A stretch of 64,000 bases of DNA from Fimicolochytrium jonesii (Eukaryota), in assembly GCF_025526975.1 (NCBI RefSeq), contig NW_026515676.1, positions 62,001-126,000 on the forward strand, in the 5' to 3' direction. A program made the translations under genes and the position numbers. The notes below the pieces were generated by a model. That model was not told the DNA's origin. It saw only the letters and a list, made by a program, of their open reading frames with translations, and ran no database searches. Below, in pieces: positions 24,756-36,735 of the stretch (within the stretch, counting starts at the first letter, position 1; every line of letters begins with the position of its first letter).

Positions 24756-25953
24756 CTAAAAACAGTCCTTCAACTTCCTCAACGCCCCCAAAACTTCCAC
24801 CACGCTCGCATCAGCCGGCAACCCCACGGCCTCCCTAATCGACGGCGTATCGCATCGCAGAAAGGGGTTGAAAGTCTTTTCATCGCCGATCGTCGAGGGC
24901 ACGGTGCATGTGTTGGATTCCACCCATTTGGCTTTCGCGACCACGGCTGGGTTTTGCCCGTCCACGTGTACTGCGAATTTCAGGTTGGACTGGAGGGAAG
25001 AACATCTCAGTGAAGACATTGTCAGATGGACGACCGGGCATGGATGTAATCCCTTACCTTTGTGTACTCGTGTCCCACATACACCTTTGTTGCAGCCGGT
25101 AACTGCCCCAGAACGTTATACAGCGAGTTGTGCATCTGCTCTGGTGTCCCCTCAAAGAACTTCCCGCATCTAAAAAGCCATATTTTCGAACATCAGCACC
25201 GTCACCGACCCCACCCCTAACAAATCACAGCCATCCCGCCTCCTCACCCAGCAACAAAAAGCGTATCCCCCGTAAAAATCGCCTTCTCCCCCGACTTCTT
25301 ATCCTCAACATAAAACGAGACACTGCCCAGCGTATGGCACAGTGTATAAAGCGGCGTGATGTGCAGCTCGCCCACCGTGAAGGCCGCCCGGTCGACGACT
25401 TTCTCGGTGAGCCCCGGGATCCGGTCGTCGCCGCCCCAAACGGGGATGTTTGGGATCTGGTGGAGGAACCCTTTGTTGCCGCCGGCGTGGTCCGCGTGAT
25501 GGTGCTGGTGAATAAAGGTTAGTGTCGCCATCTCCAGTCCAGATCCTCCGTCGATGGTCCGCGTATCATAGCATACTCACTGTCGTCAATATCCCCGATA
25601 TCTTCACGTTCTCTTTCTCCATCACTGGGATGACCTTTCGCGGCTCAACAGGGTCTACGGCAAGTCCCTATTCAGCCCACATCATTAGTAAACCTATCTT
25701 CCCAGGACGCAGCCACCGCACCCCACCCAGGGGTGTATGCAAAAACGCGGACTACAAGACTATACTGGAAACTACATACTACGCCGTTATCGTCCACGAG
25801 CACATATGCATAATTGTCCGATAAACATGGAACGGGAATAACTCGCATAGCGGTGGGTATTGAGGTGGTGAAGTAGCGATGGGGAGGAAGGAGGGGATGA
25901 ATTGCTGATCTTGCGCTTGAGAAAGGAATGCAGCGAGAGCGAGAGCAAAGCAT
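24756..25953 (-). CDS. GLO2: Hydroxyacylglutathione hydrolase (glyoxalase II) with a putative mitochondrial presequence
   Basis: [69 protein letters not shown] and LRKLKDCF. Confidence 0.93.
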
Positions 25954-26347
25954 GTGGTTGCTATATCGAAAAGGTATCCTGAAGCAAAGAACGCAATGTG
26001 GCGACGGAAGGCTTGCGAGTCTCTTCATGAGCTGTGAGCGAAAAGCCGCGTTCTGGGCGTTCTCGGCGCCAGCGGCGTTTTGTTTTGCACGCGTCCGCCA
26101 TACGTGCACGTCACGGCGTCAACAGCCACGGTTTCTGTGGCTTCTGTGGACAACAAGTATTGTAATTATATGTACAGTCGACGAAGGGCCTGCCTGCAGC
26201 CCTTCAGAATACAATTTCAACTACAAAAAATGAGAAAAAGAACTTGTAATGGCCCATAAAAGTAGGGAAGAGAAAACTAACGTACGAGACGTAAAGGTTT
26301 TTCGCGATGAATCAGAGAAGCCGCGAGCAGCAGCGATCCTTGGTGAT

Positions 26348-28300
26348 TCAAGGTTGAATGAACTCTAGCAGACACTGGGCGAGTGCTTCAGGGTCATCTT
26401 CCGGAACGTAGTGGCCTGAAGAGAGTAAAGGTCGCGTGAGTTTCGGTCAGACAAAGGATTCACAGTCTGATGGGCGTACAGATCAGAGGACGAGACTCAC
26501 CAGCACTGTCGATCGTGACCAATCTCGCACCCATCAAATTCGCAAACCACTTCCCCAGACCACTCCAACACCTATCCCTCGTACCCCAAATCACCAGCGC
26601 GCGATGATTCGCGCCCGAAGTCGTCGGAGTCGTGACGACCAGCTTTCCATCGACCCACCGCCTCGCCACCCGACGCGCATAGTCGGTCAAGAACAATTTG
26701 GCCTTCTCTGTTTCGACTTCTACGCTTTGGTTGTTGGCGAGGAGGGGCGAGATGAGAGGAGTACGGTGGGCGAAGAAGGGGAAGAGTTCGCGAATGCGAA
26801 GGATCAGCGGGTCGGAGAAGAGCGGGAGGGGTAGGGCGGAAGGGAGAGTCTTTACTGCGTGGGCGTGCGATACAGTTGGGTCTGGAGAAGAGGAGGGCTC
26901 AAATGAGCTCTTCTAGCAGTATGTGAGCGCAAGAGGAAAGGCACTCACATGGGACGTCGTATCCACGGGCCTCGCCAATGGTAAGCCTGCTACTGGAAGA
27001 GAAGGCCGTAGCACATCGTATCATAGTGGACGGTTTGACGAACGTCCGGAAGGTGTAAAAGAGGGATCTTGCAATGAGAAGCGTCTCAATTTCTCTCCCA
27101 CTGCATTCCTCCTGTTTGGGAAAAGTCAGTGATCAGGTGTAGTCCGAACATTGACATTCTACATGACCTTGAACCTACCTGATGAGGAGGCAGGAAGGTA
27201 TTCACGAACACCAACCGACTTAGGTTGCTCCCAAAGTCGCCCATCTCAGCCAGCGCGATTCCGACCACAGTGCCTCCAGTCCCATGTGCTACAAGCGTGA
27301 CGTCCAGGTCCGGATTCGAAAAGCGGTTCAGGAGCGAGCGTATCGCAGCGACTTGAATCTGAATAAGTGCCGCGCCCGACATGGGGATTTTGTCCGATTT
27401 CCCATGGCTGAAGAGTAATCGAGACTTAGATTAGCTCGGCACGGTGTGGTAGCGAGAAATGCGTCCGTCTACAAACCCTGGAAGATCGATGGCAATCACC
27501 CGCAGCCCGGCATCCACCAGCTGGCGGATCACTTTTCGGTACATGTACATCCACGTCAAAGCCCCATGAACCAGCACGACAACTTTTTGCTTCGTTGCAC
27601 CACCAGGCGGTGAACTAGACTCCCGGGTCCCTTCATCAATGTAGTGGATGCGCAAAGAGCCCAGCTTGAAGTATTTCGGTTGAAACGGGAAGAGTTCCTT
27701 GATAGGCTCGAAGGATGCGTCCGATGTTCGAATGATAGCGTATTTATTGATCTTTGGGAGGTACGCGGGGGCGGCCGATGCGGCTGATGTATTCCAACAG
27801 TAAGACCTCTCTCAATCGTGACGGACGGTAAGCCACCACGTCAACTTACTGCTATATATCGAACCGCTCGTTTCACTCCCGCCGTCGCTAAACGTTGAGT
27901 TCCGGTGGAACTTCGGCCTCACCGCCGCGCTAACGTTTCGATGCGACCTACTCTCCTCCCCATGCCTCACATCCAGGGAAGACGTACTAGCAGTCGAAGA
28001 CGGTGGTGGCGTCGGCAACGGCTCTCCTGAGACCCCAGTCGCCGCCGTCAAGGAGCCGCGACGTTCAGTAGGAGATAAAGACGCGCGCCGCTTGTCGGGG
28101 CCACTTCCCAGCTCGCGCTTGGGGGTTATTCGCTCGTACAGGTATGTGAGCACAACGAAAGGCTGGATGCACGTCAAAGTAAAATAGCGGACGGGTCTCC
28201 ACGACAGCCAAAGATCGGCCACTCGGACGAATGGGGAGAGCAAATCCACAGGCGGTCGACCCGAGTGATCTCCGGGCTGATGTTGAGTGGCGGCGGCCAT
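26348..28300 (-). CDS. Haloalkane-dehalogenase-like alpha/beta hydrolase with N-terminal extension; nucleophile motif degenerate
   Basis: IIRTSDASFEPI..FPFQPKYF..RIHYIDEG, LVHGALTWMYMYRKVI, RVIAIDLPG-HGKSDK, RLVFVNT and C-terminal GHYVPEDDP. The expected DWGG elbow reads HGTGG. Confidence 0.75.
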
Positions 28301-28947
28301 CACGGATGAGGTCTGTTATGGCGAAGCTGCCCGTCACCGACAGACGGAGGTTATCTAAACATTAGGGATGAGGAGCAGACTCTCCATGAAATTGCTCGTT
28401 TGATTGACAGAGCGTCGCCGTGACCTTGAAAATTCAGGGACTCCGACCGTTTGACCGTCGTTTGCACGAGCCTGCCTCACGCGTGCTCGTAATTTAGCCC
28501 TGGTCATGAACACGTTTGGCATAACATTGGAGTCCCTGCCAGGACTGGGGCTACTGTCCTGACATCCCATGTCTGCCACTGGCCGCACTGCCAAAGCAGT
28601 CATTTGTCTGTGAGTGGATGTCCATAGGCTTCGTCGCAATCGGCATCTCGGCCAAGTAATCCGACTCTCGGAAGCGCATGCGAGTGTATGGACGCTTCCC
28701 GTAGTGTATTTCGAATGCCATACGAGTATTCAATGCATTCCCAGTGCATAGGGACCCCAACATCCCTGTTTCATTGTGCTTGATGGCGCTGCCACTCCGA
28801 CTGCCATCCGACAGAATCATCACACACTCCCCTCGTCCAGAATACAGCCAGGAGTTCTCCGACTGCACATCATGGCCCTTCCTTGCCCGAAAATCCCCAT
28901 GTATCTACACCCATATCATCCCATCCCATCCCGACCACCACTTCCCC

Positions 28948-29211
28948 CTACTTCTGCTTCTGCTTATGCTTCGGATTCTCCCTGCATTCCACCCTCAGCT
29001 TCCCTCTCCGCTTGCAAAAGAAGCAATTCTCGCATCGGAGTTTTAGCGCCGTTCGCGTGCGGTAGCCGCGGGTGAAGAGGGGAGCTAGTGATATTGTCGG
29101 TCGTGGCGGTATCAGTAGTGCGGGTGTAAGTGCGACGGTTGGTGAGGAGGTGATGGATGGGAAGGCCCGTAGGCGGGCGGGGAAGAGGATGTGACGGAGG
29201 GCGGTGAACAT
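28948..29211 (-). CDS. RTC6: Mitochondrial ribosomal protein bL36m
   Basis: Presequence followed by GYRTRTALKLRCENCFFCKRRGKLRVECRENPKHKQKQ, the CxxC...C...H zinc ribbon of L36. Confidence 0.92.
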   Translation of the reverse strand: MFTALRHILFPARLRAFPSITSSPTVALTPALLIPPRPTISLAPLFTRGYRTRTALKLRCENCFFCKRRGKLRVECRENPKHKQKQK

Positions 29212-29628
29212 GGATTTTCGATAAGTTGCAGAATGTTATTAGCGTTGTGTGAATTTCCTTCGGTGGGTTTTTGTTCAAGTTTTGCTGTTGTGTGCCGCAA
29301 GCTTTGCCGTTTGTCGATCAACGGGCGCTTTCAGCGATTTCTCCCAATAGAAATTGAGGGTGTCGAGTTGTCCGCCACGAAAGGATGTAAACTGTCGGTA
29401 GCTCGTCTGTGTGTTGCTGCACCTGCTGCACCTGGATGTCTGCGAGAAAGTCTACAATCCAGCCAAAACCTGGCCAAAACTCTGTGGAAAGTTACGGGAG
29501 GCATCGGCGGCTGCGCCACACCCGTCCATAACGTGTCCCTAATGGAACAACGACGACTCAATTTCGAGCGATCCACCATCGATTCCCGCCATACATCCCA
29601 ACGCAAACCCCCCACAGCGTAACCGACA

Positions 29629-30087
29629 ATGTCGTTCTTCTGGAGGGAAGCTGGTATGACGTACGTATCCTAAGCTTCCCAGAACACATCCCATCATTCC
29701 CCTTCCCGACCTGAGCTTCAGCCGACGGCTAAATTCCGATTTTGATGTGGGCCTGACTTTCTCTCCTATACCTTTTTAGATACCTGCAATACGCCAACGT
29801 CTCGGCCAAGGCGCTTCGCAACGTTTTGAAGGAAAACGCTAAGGTTCTTGCCCTCCGTCGTGAGGAGCAGTACGCAAAGGTGCAGGTCTGGAAGGATGGA
29901 AAGCAGGGTGACTCGGTACGTTTACGGGAGTTTTCGAAATTAACTTTTTGTTGGCTGGCTCGGGTTCTCTGTAGATGGGGAGTCTATGGAAGAAGCCATG
30001 TCCGCTTCTAGCAGATTCACTGACTCTATTCTGATTTTTATTTTGCAGAAAGTCATTGACGCCTCGGGCAACAAGACTGGACACTAG
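29629..30087 (+). CDS. ATP15: Mitochondrial F1-ATP synthase epsilon subunit, 3 exons
   Basis: MSFFWREAGMT / YLQYANVSAKALRNVLKENAKVLALRREEQYAKVQVWKDGKQGDS / KVIDASGNKTGH*. Confidence 0.88.
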
Positions 30088-30677
30088 TGTATTTTCCCCG
30101 CAACAATATCCACCTTCTCTGCCCATGCCGCTGGAAACGTAAATAAATAGAAAGCGATCTAGAGCATCGAAGATCTGACTGGAAGTTTAGTGGGAGCGTT
30201 CTGAAACAGAGCGGATTTGCGTTTTCGAATGGAATTCGTGAACAACAACAACAACACTGAGGGGACGAATGGAAGTGGTGTCGTGTATGATGGGGTGGGC
30301 GGACATGGGTTGCGTCTTGGAGCGTACTCGGAAGATGTCAGGGGGGGTTACGTTCCAGTGAAGGGAATCATTCGTTAGGCCACTTTCAGGGGCGGATGCT
30401 GGCATGGCGTGGGTCTCGGACGGCTGATAAGCCACACGACTGAACACCTGCAGACTGTCATACAGCGGTTTTACCGTTCCCTCCTCCATATCAGGGTCAG
30501 CTACAAGATGCAGTCCAGATCCAAATGCTTTCCTGAGGGAAGCAGATCCTACAGACTTCCGGGAAAGCAGAATGGATCCCAAAGGAGATCCAAGCGCATC
30601 AAGGAGATCTCCGAGCTAAAGGTTTCTCTTCGCAGGTCAGGGTACGCAATTGCGGTACCAACCAAAAGCTACATCTC

Positions 30678-31636
30678 TTAATAAACTTCTATTATGCATA
30701 AGGGAATCAAGTTCCGGGATGAGTGGTAATCTAGTGTATGGGGTTCCATGAGGCTCGCTAAGGTAAAATCTACTTGGTAAGGTCCTTCTGGTTGTGCTTG
30801 AAGAAAGGCTCAAAGTGAGGCAAGATGAAGTCGTGAAGGTGTTTTGCGCCCTACAGGAATGGGATTACGGTTACGGTTCTTAGAATGATTGCCTTGTCCA
30901 CCGTGGATCGCCCTCCAAAATCTCCAGGCACTCACATCGTATTTGGGCAAGAACATGAGGAATGTTCCAACAAGCTTGGCGACGTAGTACAGAGGGAAGT
31001 AGTAGAGGATAGTCCCCGCCTTTAACTCGACGAGGGACAAAAGTCCGAGGAACCAGAAGTATGTAACCCAGACCTTCAGGGATTCGACATCGTTCTTCGA
31101 GGACGCTTCAAATGCCCTGCGAAAAAAGATCGATGAGTGAACCTGAAAAGAATCGCGGAAGGCGTCCATCGCAGAAACGATCGCTGCTCATGCATTGCAA
31201 GCTTATACGTACCGGTAGGTGGGGTAGATGAGAGCAAGGACGGTGGTAGTGAGGCCGGCCCAGATGTTGAAGAAGACGGAGATGGAGACCAAAACGTATA
31301 TGGCAAGAGTGAAGTACGTCTATGAATAGGGCGAATGGAAGTGCAGTCAAATTGAGAGGAAGTTCATCGGGAGAAAGCTGAATAGTATCGTCTCCAAAAA
31401 ACTTCCACGCAACGCTCGTCGCCATCCCGAACCAGTGCTCCAATCCGAGACACCGAACAAGCAATATCTCCCGTTGCCCCCTGCCTTCCTCTATCCCTTG
31501 CTCAATCCCGATCCAACAGCTTCCCCATTTACAAACGAACCTTGGGAACACCCGTCGCCGCCTCAATTCGGTTCAGAGTCCGGAACTTTGCGAGGTAGTT
31601 GTCGAACTGCTGTTGGTAGGGGGTGATTTTGTCCAT
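30678..31636 (-). CDS. TB2/DP1/HVA22 (Yop1/REEP) ER-shaping membrane protein; 3' end uncertain
   Basis: MDKITPYQQQFDNYLAKFRTLNRIEAATGVPK / TYFTL...LIYPTYR / AFEA...VWVTYFW...LYYFPLYYVAKL...MFLP / GAKHLHDFILP. Confidence 0.8.
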
Positions 31637-32370
31637 TTTGTCGTATCTGGGAAGAAGGAAAGTATGCGGTGCGCGGGTTGAGGCTCAGTGAAGGACGCTT
31701 GTTCTGGCGAGTATAGGTAGTAGATAGATTGCTTAATACTGCTGCAATGCCGATGGCGATGTCGAGGAGGGTGTTCGCCGTAGCGGCCTCGCTGCGGTAT
31801 GAATGACGAAAAAAAGTCAACGCGCAAACATGCAAATTGACACTCTCTACTACTCCTAGGCGTGGCTTTCATTTCGCCCGCATCTCTTGCATGTGCACAC
31901 TGCCAACACCCACAACCCACACCACCTCACCACCTAGGTCTGCGGTCGTGCCGTGCCACTGCCGGCAAGTGGGATATATATACAGCATATACAGTATGAT
32001 GTTTTCGCGCAAATTCGGAGCGTTCAAAATCAAAAAAAAACCCGTGTTGTGTCTGTGCGTGCGGCGGAGGATAATATGGCAATCGGTGTTCTATATACGA
32101 TGGGGGTTTGGGAGACAGAGGCGAGAACTACTATCCTGTGCCCCGCCAAATCGCCGCCGATATGTGTTCGGATTGCTGCTGACCGAGTCGCACAATATAT
32201 AGGAGCATCTGTCGCTAAGCGACTCGGTCTTTATACGGGTGGGTGCTAGACGGCTGTCGGTGTGGACTCATTTGCGCCGAACACTCCCTACACTTTTCGT
32301 GGGTGTAGCTTCATAGATATAGAAAAGCAGCCCGCTATTGGGGCGGTCTTGTGGGCTGCAAAAAGTAACG

Positions 32371-34485
32371 ATGTCGGAGGCTCCACCGCCAGCGGCCTTG
32401 GCCATCCCACCGCCCGCCGTGAGCATCGACGTTACTCGTCCTGCCAACCATCGCATCCGTCCACTTGCGGCCCTATCGACTTCCAACCCTTGCCCCTTAA
32501 ACACTGACACCAATGCTCCCCTCCCGCCTGCAACTCCACTGACGAGCAGATCGACTATATTCTGCCCGCTCCCCGCTCGCAGTTTTGACGACCTGGGCAG
32601 TCCCTTATCCCCGACGACACCTGTAAGCCCCAATGTCCCGTTTCCGGCTAGCGTGACACGTTTGAGGACAATTGCGGTCACGCTGATGGCCTTGATGTTC
32701 CTAGCGGCCAGTGCTCAAAATGTGTATCGGTACATTAACCAGGTACGTGCCGTAGGGAGACGAGAGGAGATCTGATCTGTGACTTATCCCACCGGTGCTG
32801 TGTGCTAAAAATTCGACGTTGAATCCTGATGGGCTCCTAGACGCCGCTGATTAAACACACAATTCGCACCACACAACTGCAAATCCCAAACATCATATTC
32901 TGTCTCAACCCAGAACAATACGGAAACCCGATCGCAACATCTTTCATCAATGGAGACGCGGAGCCGACTTGCTTCGGTGATATTGCCCTTCAAACAAGCG
33001 ACGAAATCGGAGTGGTGAACTTAACTCAATATGTTCAACCAGTGACATTGCCATCCGAGGCGCAATTTTTGACTTGGAGGTTACCTGACAACGCTTCTGT
33101 CATTTGCCACCGATTTTCCTCCCCGAATTTGCAGTTTACGGCCTACTCGAAAGAGGCGTATTCCGCTTCGGAGAACAGCGTTTCTGTTGTTACTTGCGGT
33201 TACGACTACAGACCCTCGGAACGAACGAACGCGAATGGGAGAGATTGGGAGAGGCGAAATGATAGACTGCACACCGCCATCTTTACGGCCGGCAGTGATG
33301 TCACACGTCTCTCTAAACTGCCAGCCGAGGTCGTGTGCAATACTACGCTCGACGTGTACCTCACTTACGAGAACACAAAGGCACTGAAGGGTGATATGCA
33401 GACGAAAATCAGGTGGGCCCTGGGTCAGAGTATCGTGTGGTACTATTCACAATCATTGGCGACCTACGTTGATCCCCACCGCCTGGCCACGGGAAGGAAT
33501 TACAGGTTAGCCTCCCATTGTTCATCATGTGTGCACACCACTAGCTCATGTCTTTTCTTCTCCGCCCGTCAGTGCCTACATCCGTATATCCGCCATCAAC
33601 GAGCTCGAAGATATCAACGAACCCAACGTGTACATGGTCAGCGTGAAGGAGGAAGTCCCATCTTTGTCACCGATTGACATCTTTGTTACCGTCGGAGGTG
33701 TCTTATCCTTCCTCACGACGGTCTTCCTCTTCCTATTCGGATCGCGTCGATTGACGCCATTCGGGTTCGTCCACGCGATCTTCTCGAGACAGATGAAGAA
33801 GTACTTGAGGACCAAGTATGGGGACTTCACAAGCTTGGCTGACGTGGCGGTGCCAAAACCTAAGCGGCCCAAGAGACGGAAGCAAAGAAGGAGCCCGAAG
33901 AGCCCTGAAAAATCAATGGATGTGTACTCGGGCAGCAGTAACGATGCGAAGAAGGCAGCGGGGGAAAAGGGATTCCCGTTGACCTCGCCCGTCGCAAGCC
34001 TGGACAAAAACGGCGAAAAGGAACACTCTCCCCTGCGGTATCCCTTCCCAGCCGAGACTCCGCAGGGAAGTCCAACGACGCCAGCTACACCCATCCCGGC
34101 GATAACAAGGAACGATCCGTCTCCCACATCTCCCATCGGATTCTCAACCCTTCCCTCACCAACCACCTCAAATTTACAACACCACCAACATTTCCTAGAT
34201 CTAGCCCGCCAACGCCGCTGGGTCGAAGAGCAGCGGCGCGTAGGCGGATCGAGTGCGTGGACGGCGGCCGCTACTCCAACATCCGCCGTCGGGGACCCGC
34301 GGATATTCCTCAGTTCGCCCGCAGAGCAGAGACATCTGAGGGCGTTGGAGAACTTCTTGTCGGAGTTCTTTGTCGACACGGATATTGCTGTGCCGATCGT
34401 GGGCAAGCTGACAAGGCGGAAGGGGAAGACTGGAGGGGACGTGGCTGGGGATGGAAGTGGGAAGGACCCGGAGAATAACGTCTGA
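32371..34485 (+). CDS. Hypothetical two-transmembrane protein with a large extracellular/lumenal loop
   Basis: TM1 is IAVTLMALMFLAASAQNVY. The loop has Cys residues and NxS/T sites. TM2 is IDIFVTVGGVLSFLTTVFLFLFGSRRLTPFGFVH, followed by a P/S-rich tail. Introns lie after 32742 and near 33505. Confidence 0.7.
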
Positions 34486-34841
34486 TCTTGGATAGCGCGA
34501 TGGCTGGCCCATCTCTTGAGCTACCGTGGTTGACTGCAAGTGCGACATTTCCGCGGCGTACCTATGCCACGGTTTTAGATAGATCTTAGTAGTTTGATTA
34601 GACATATACCCTTTCCAGTTACTTTGAATGTAGGAAGGCATACATTGGCGATATGTCGCCATGCCCGAAGTGCCCTCTATTGATGAGAACGTTGATGTTT
34701 AACACTCCTTGAATTCGCCAAGTTTTGCGAACTCAATATAGGACGCCCTCTATCTGGTGCTAGAAGCTATCTAGTTCACGGGAGTCCCACGTAGTCCAAC
34801 TCATGTCTTAGCAACCCCACCCGTCACACTGCTCGCCTTAC

Positions 34842-35986
34842 TCAAACCTTAAAATCATTCTCGATGAGATTGTTCTTACGTGGCACATTCATTCCGCGAA
34901 GCACCGCGGGACGCTTAGCGGCCCGGTGGAGCCACTGGTCCACTAATGGAAGCTCCTCGAGGCTTAAACCTGCCCAATTGTGTGCCGCAACTGTGGTGAC
35001 AAGGTCAGACAAGGTCCTCAGCTGCAAGTGTGCTCCCCGATCTCGTTGCCACCGTGACCAACGTTAGACCACTTACCCCAACCAAAGCACGCAACATCCG
35101 CCAGCGAGTACTCTCCAATGAGATACTCCCTGCCGTCGCTCAGCTGACGCTCCATGACGCTATACAAGCGCTTGGTCTCATCTTGGTAGCGCTTGATTGC
35201 GTATGGAATGTTTTCCGGCGCGTAACGAAAGAAGTGATTCGCTTGACCCCTTTTCAATTGCACGCGTCGGTTGGATTAGCCTCCATCGCGCGAAGGGCCA
35301 TGTGGCGACCGCACTTACTGCATAGGGCCAAGCCCGCCCATCTGCCAGTTGAGCCACTGGATGGCCTCACTGCGCTTGTTTGCGTCTTCGGAAAGAAGGA
35401 TATTCTTGGGATCGTGGTGTTCTGCCAAGTACATCAGGATGGCCCCGGTCTCAAACACGGGGAAGTCACCGCGGCTGTGGTCGACGATCGCTGGGATCCT
35501 GCCTGCGGGGACATCCCAAATCACACATCATCTTCTCCAGTTCCAGCTGCGATAATCGTTCGACAGTGTTTGATTACCATTGGGGTTGATCTTCAAGAAC
35601 CATTCTATATGGGGTTGGAAAGAGTATGACCAACATTATTGTTCCGCAAGGAACCTCAACCACTAAACTACCCGTAGGTTCCATTGACTAACCTTCCTTT
35701 TGAACATTTTCTGTGATGTCGACTTCTACGACCTAGCCCCTTGAGCGTCAGCCACACAGAACCCCTATGACAAACGCTGCTGATAGACGCAGGCCTCCCG
35801 TACTTTGTATTTGAGTCCAAGTTCTTCGAGACCGATGCTGGCCTTCTGGCCGTTGGGAGTCCCTACATGGAGGAATTGGTGCAAGATGACGTCTTGAAGT
35901 TAGATCTCCCTTCGAACACGACATAACGAACCAAAAGTGTAGAGGGTAATCTTGGGGGATGCAGACGCTGTGGCGTATGTTTGCAT
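34842..35986 (-). CDS. Glutathione S-transferase, Ure2/YfcG (nu)-class; the start may extend to 36085
   Basis: [78 protein letters not shown] and RPAVLRG. Confidence 0.92.
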
Positions 35987-36735
35987 GCGAGCTCGGAATT
36001 GTGATGTGCGACATGCGTGCGATCGGAAGGTATCGACTGTGAGGTAGGCCAGTTTAGACGGCTGTCCTTTGATAGCGGCGGCCATATTGCCGAGGACCTT
36101 TGACGAAAGATCCTACAACGGGCTCAGGCTCTCCTGTCAGCCTCCTCCGCCTCTCAGCCTTCCTCCGCACACGTCACCAGTTGGGGAGATTGACAACACG
36201 TCGTAAGCAGACATTGTTGACAGGATGTGAGCTCGCCCCTGGTCGGAACTACTCGTTCATGTATTGTTTGAGCTGGCATCATCACCTAGTCCCTAGGCGC
36301 TTCTTTGAACATGCCGAGGGGAGCTAGCGTCACTTGCGTACCGTGGGCGTACCGTGGTCGTTCTCCCTTTTTCTATTATGCTCCATACTTAATAGACACC
36401 ACAATCCTGCTTTCTACTCGACTATCAGTCTTCTATGCATTTTTCATTCGATGCAATGGCCCGTTGTCCGCAACGATTCTAGAGTTCTTGAGGACATCGC
36501 GCTCAAACTACTAAAACTTGTCACTGTCCGCAACAATTCGGCGACTTTTTCGATCCTATGTATTCTTCATACGCCCATGCCGCCAAGGCTATTTTCGACT
36601 ATTGTACAACATCCCCGCTACGATGTCCTATGTATAACCAACCTGCACGTCATCAATCTCCTTCAGCACCTCGAATACATCGGACCAACCACGATGGGCC
36701 TATGACCATCCTCGGCGCGACCGCTGCACACTATA

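Noticed and set aside
28355..28900. Short ORFs between the hydrolase and bL36m
   Set aside because: No coherent exon chain or recognisable protein was found; the region is likely promoter and UTR.
30187..30582. 131-aa minus ORF as a possible extra REEP exon
   Set aside because: The REEP frame already stops at 30678 and I could not establish a convincing splice.
36100..36730. ORFs between the GST and importin-9 genes
   Set aside because: They have no motifs, and the region fits the importin 3'UTR and GST promoter.
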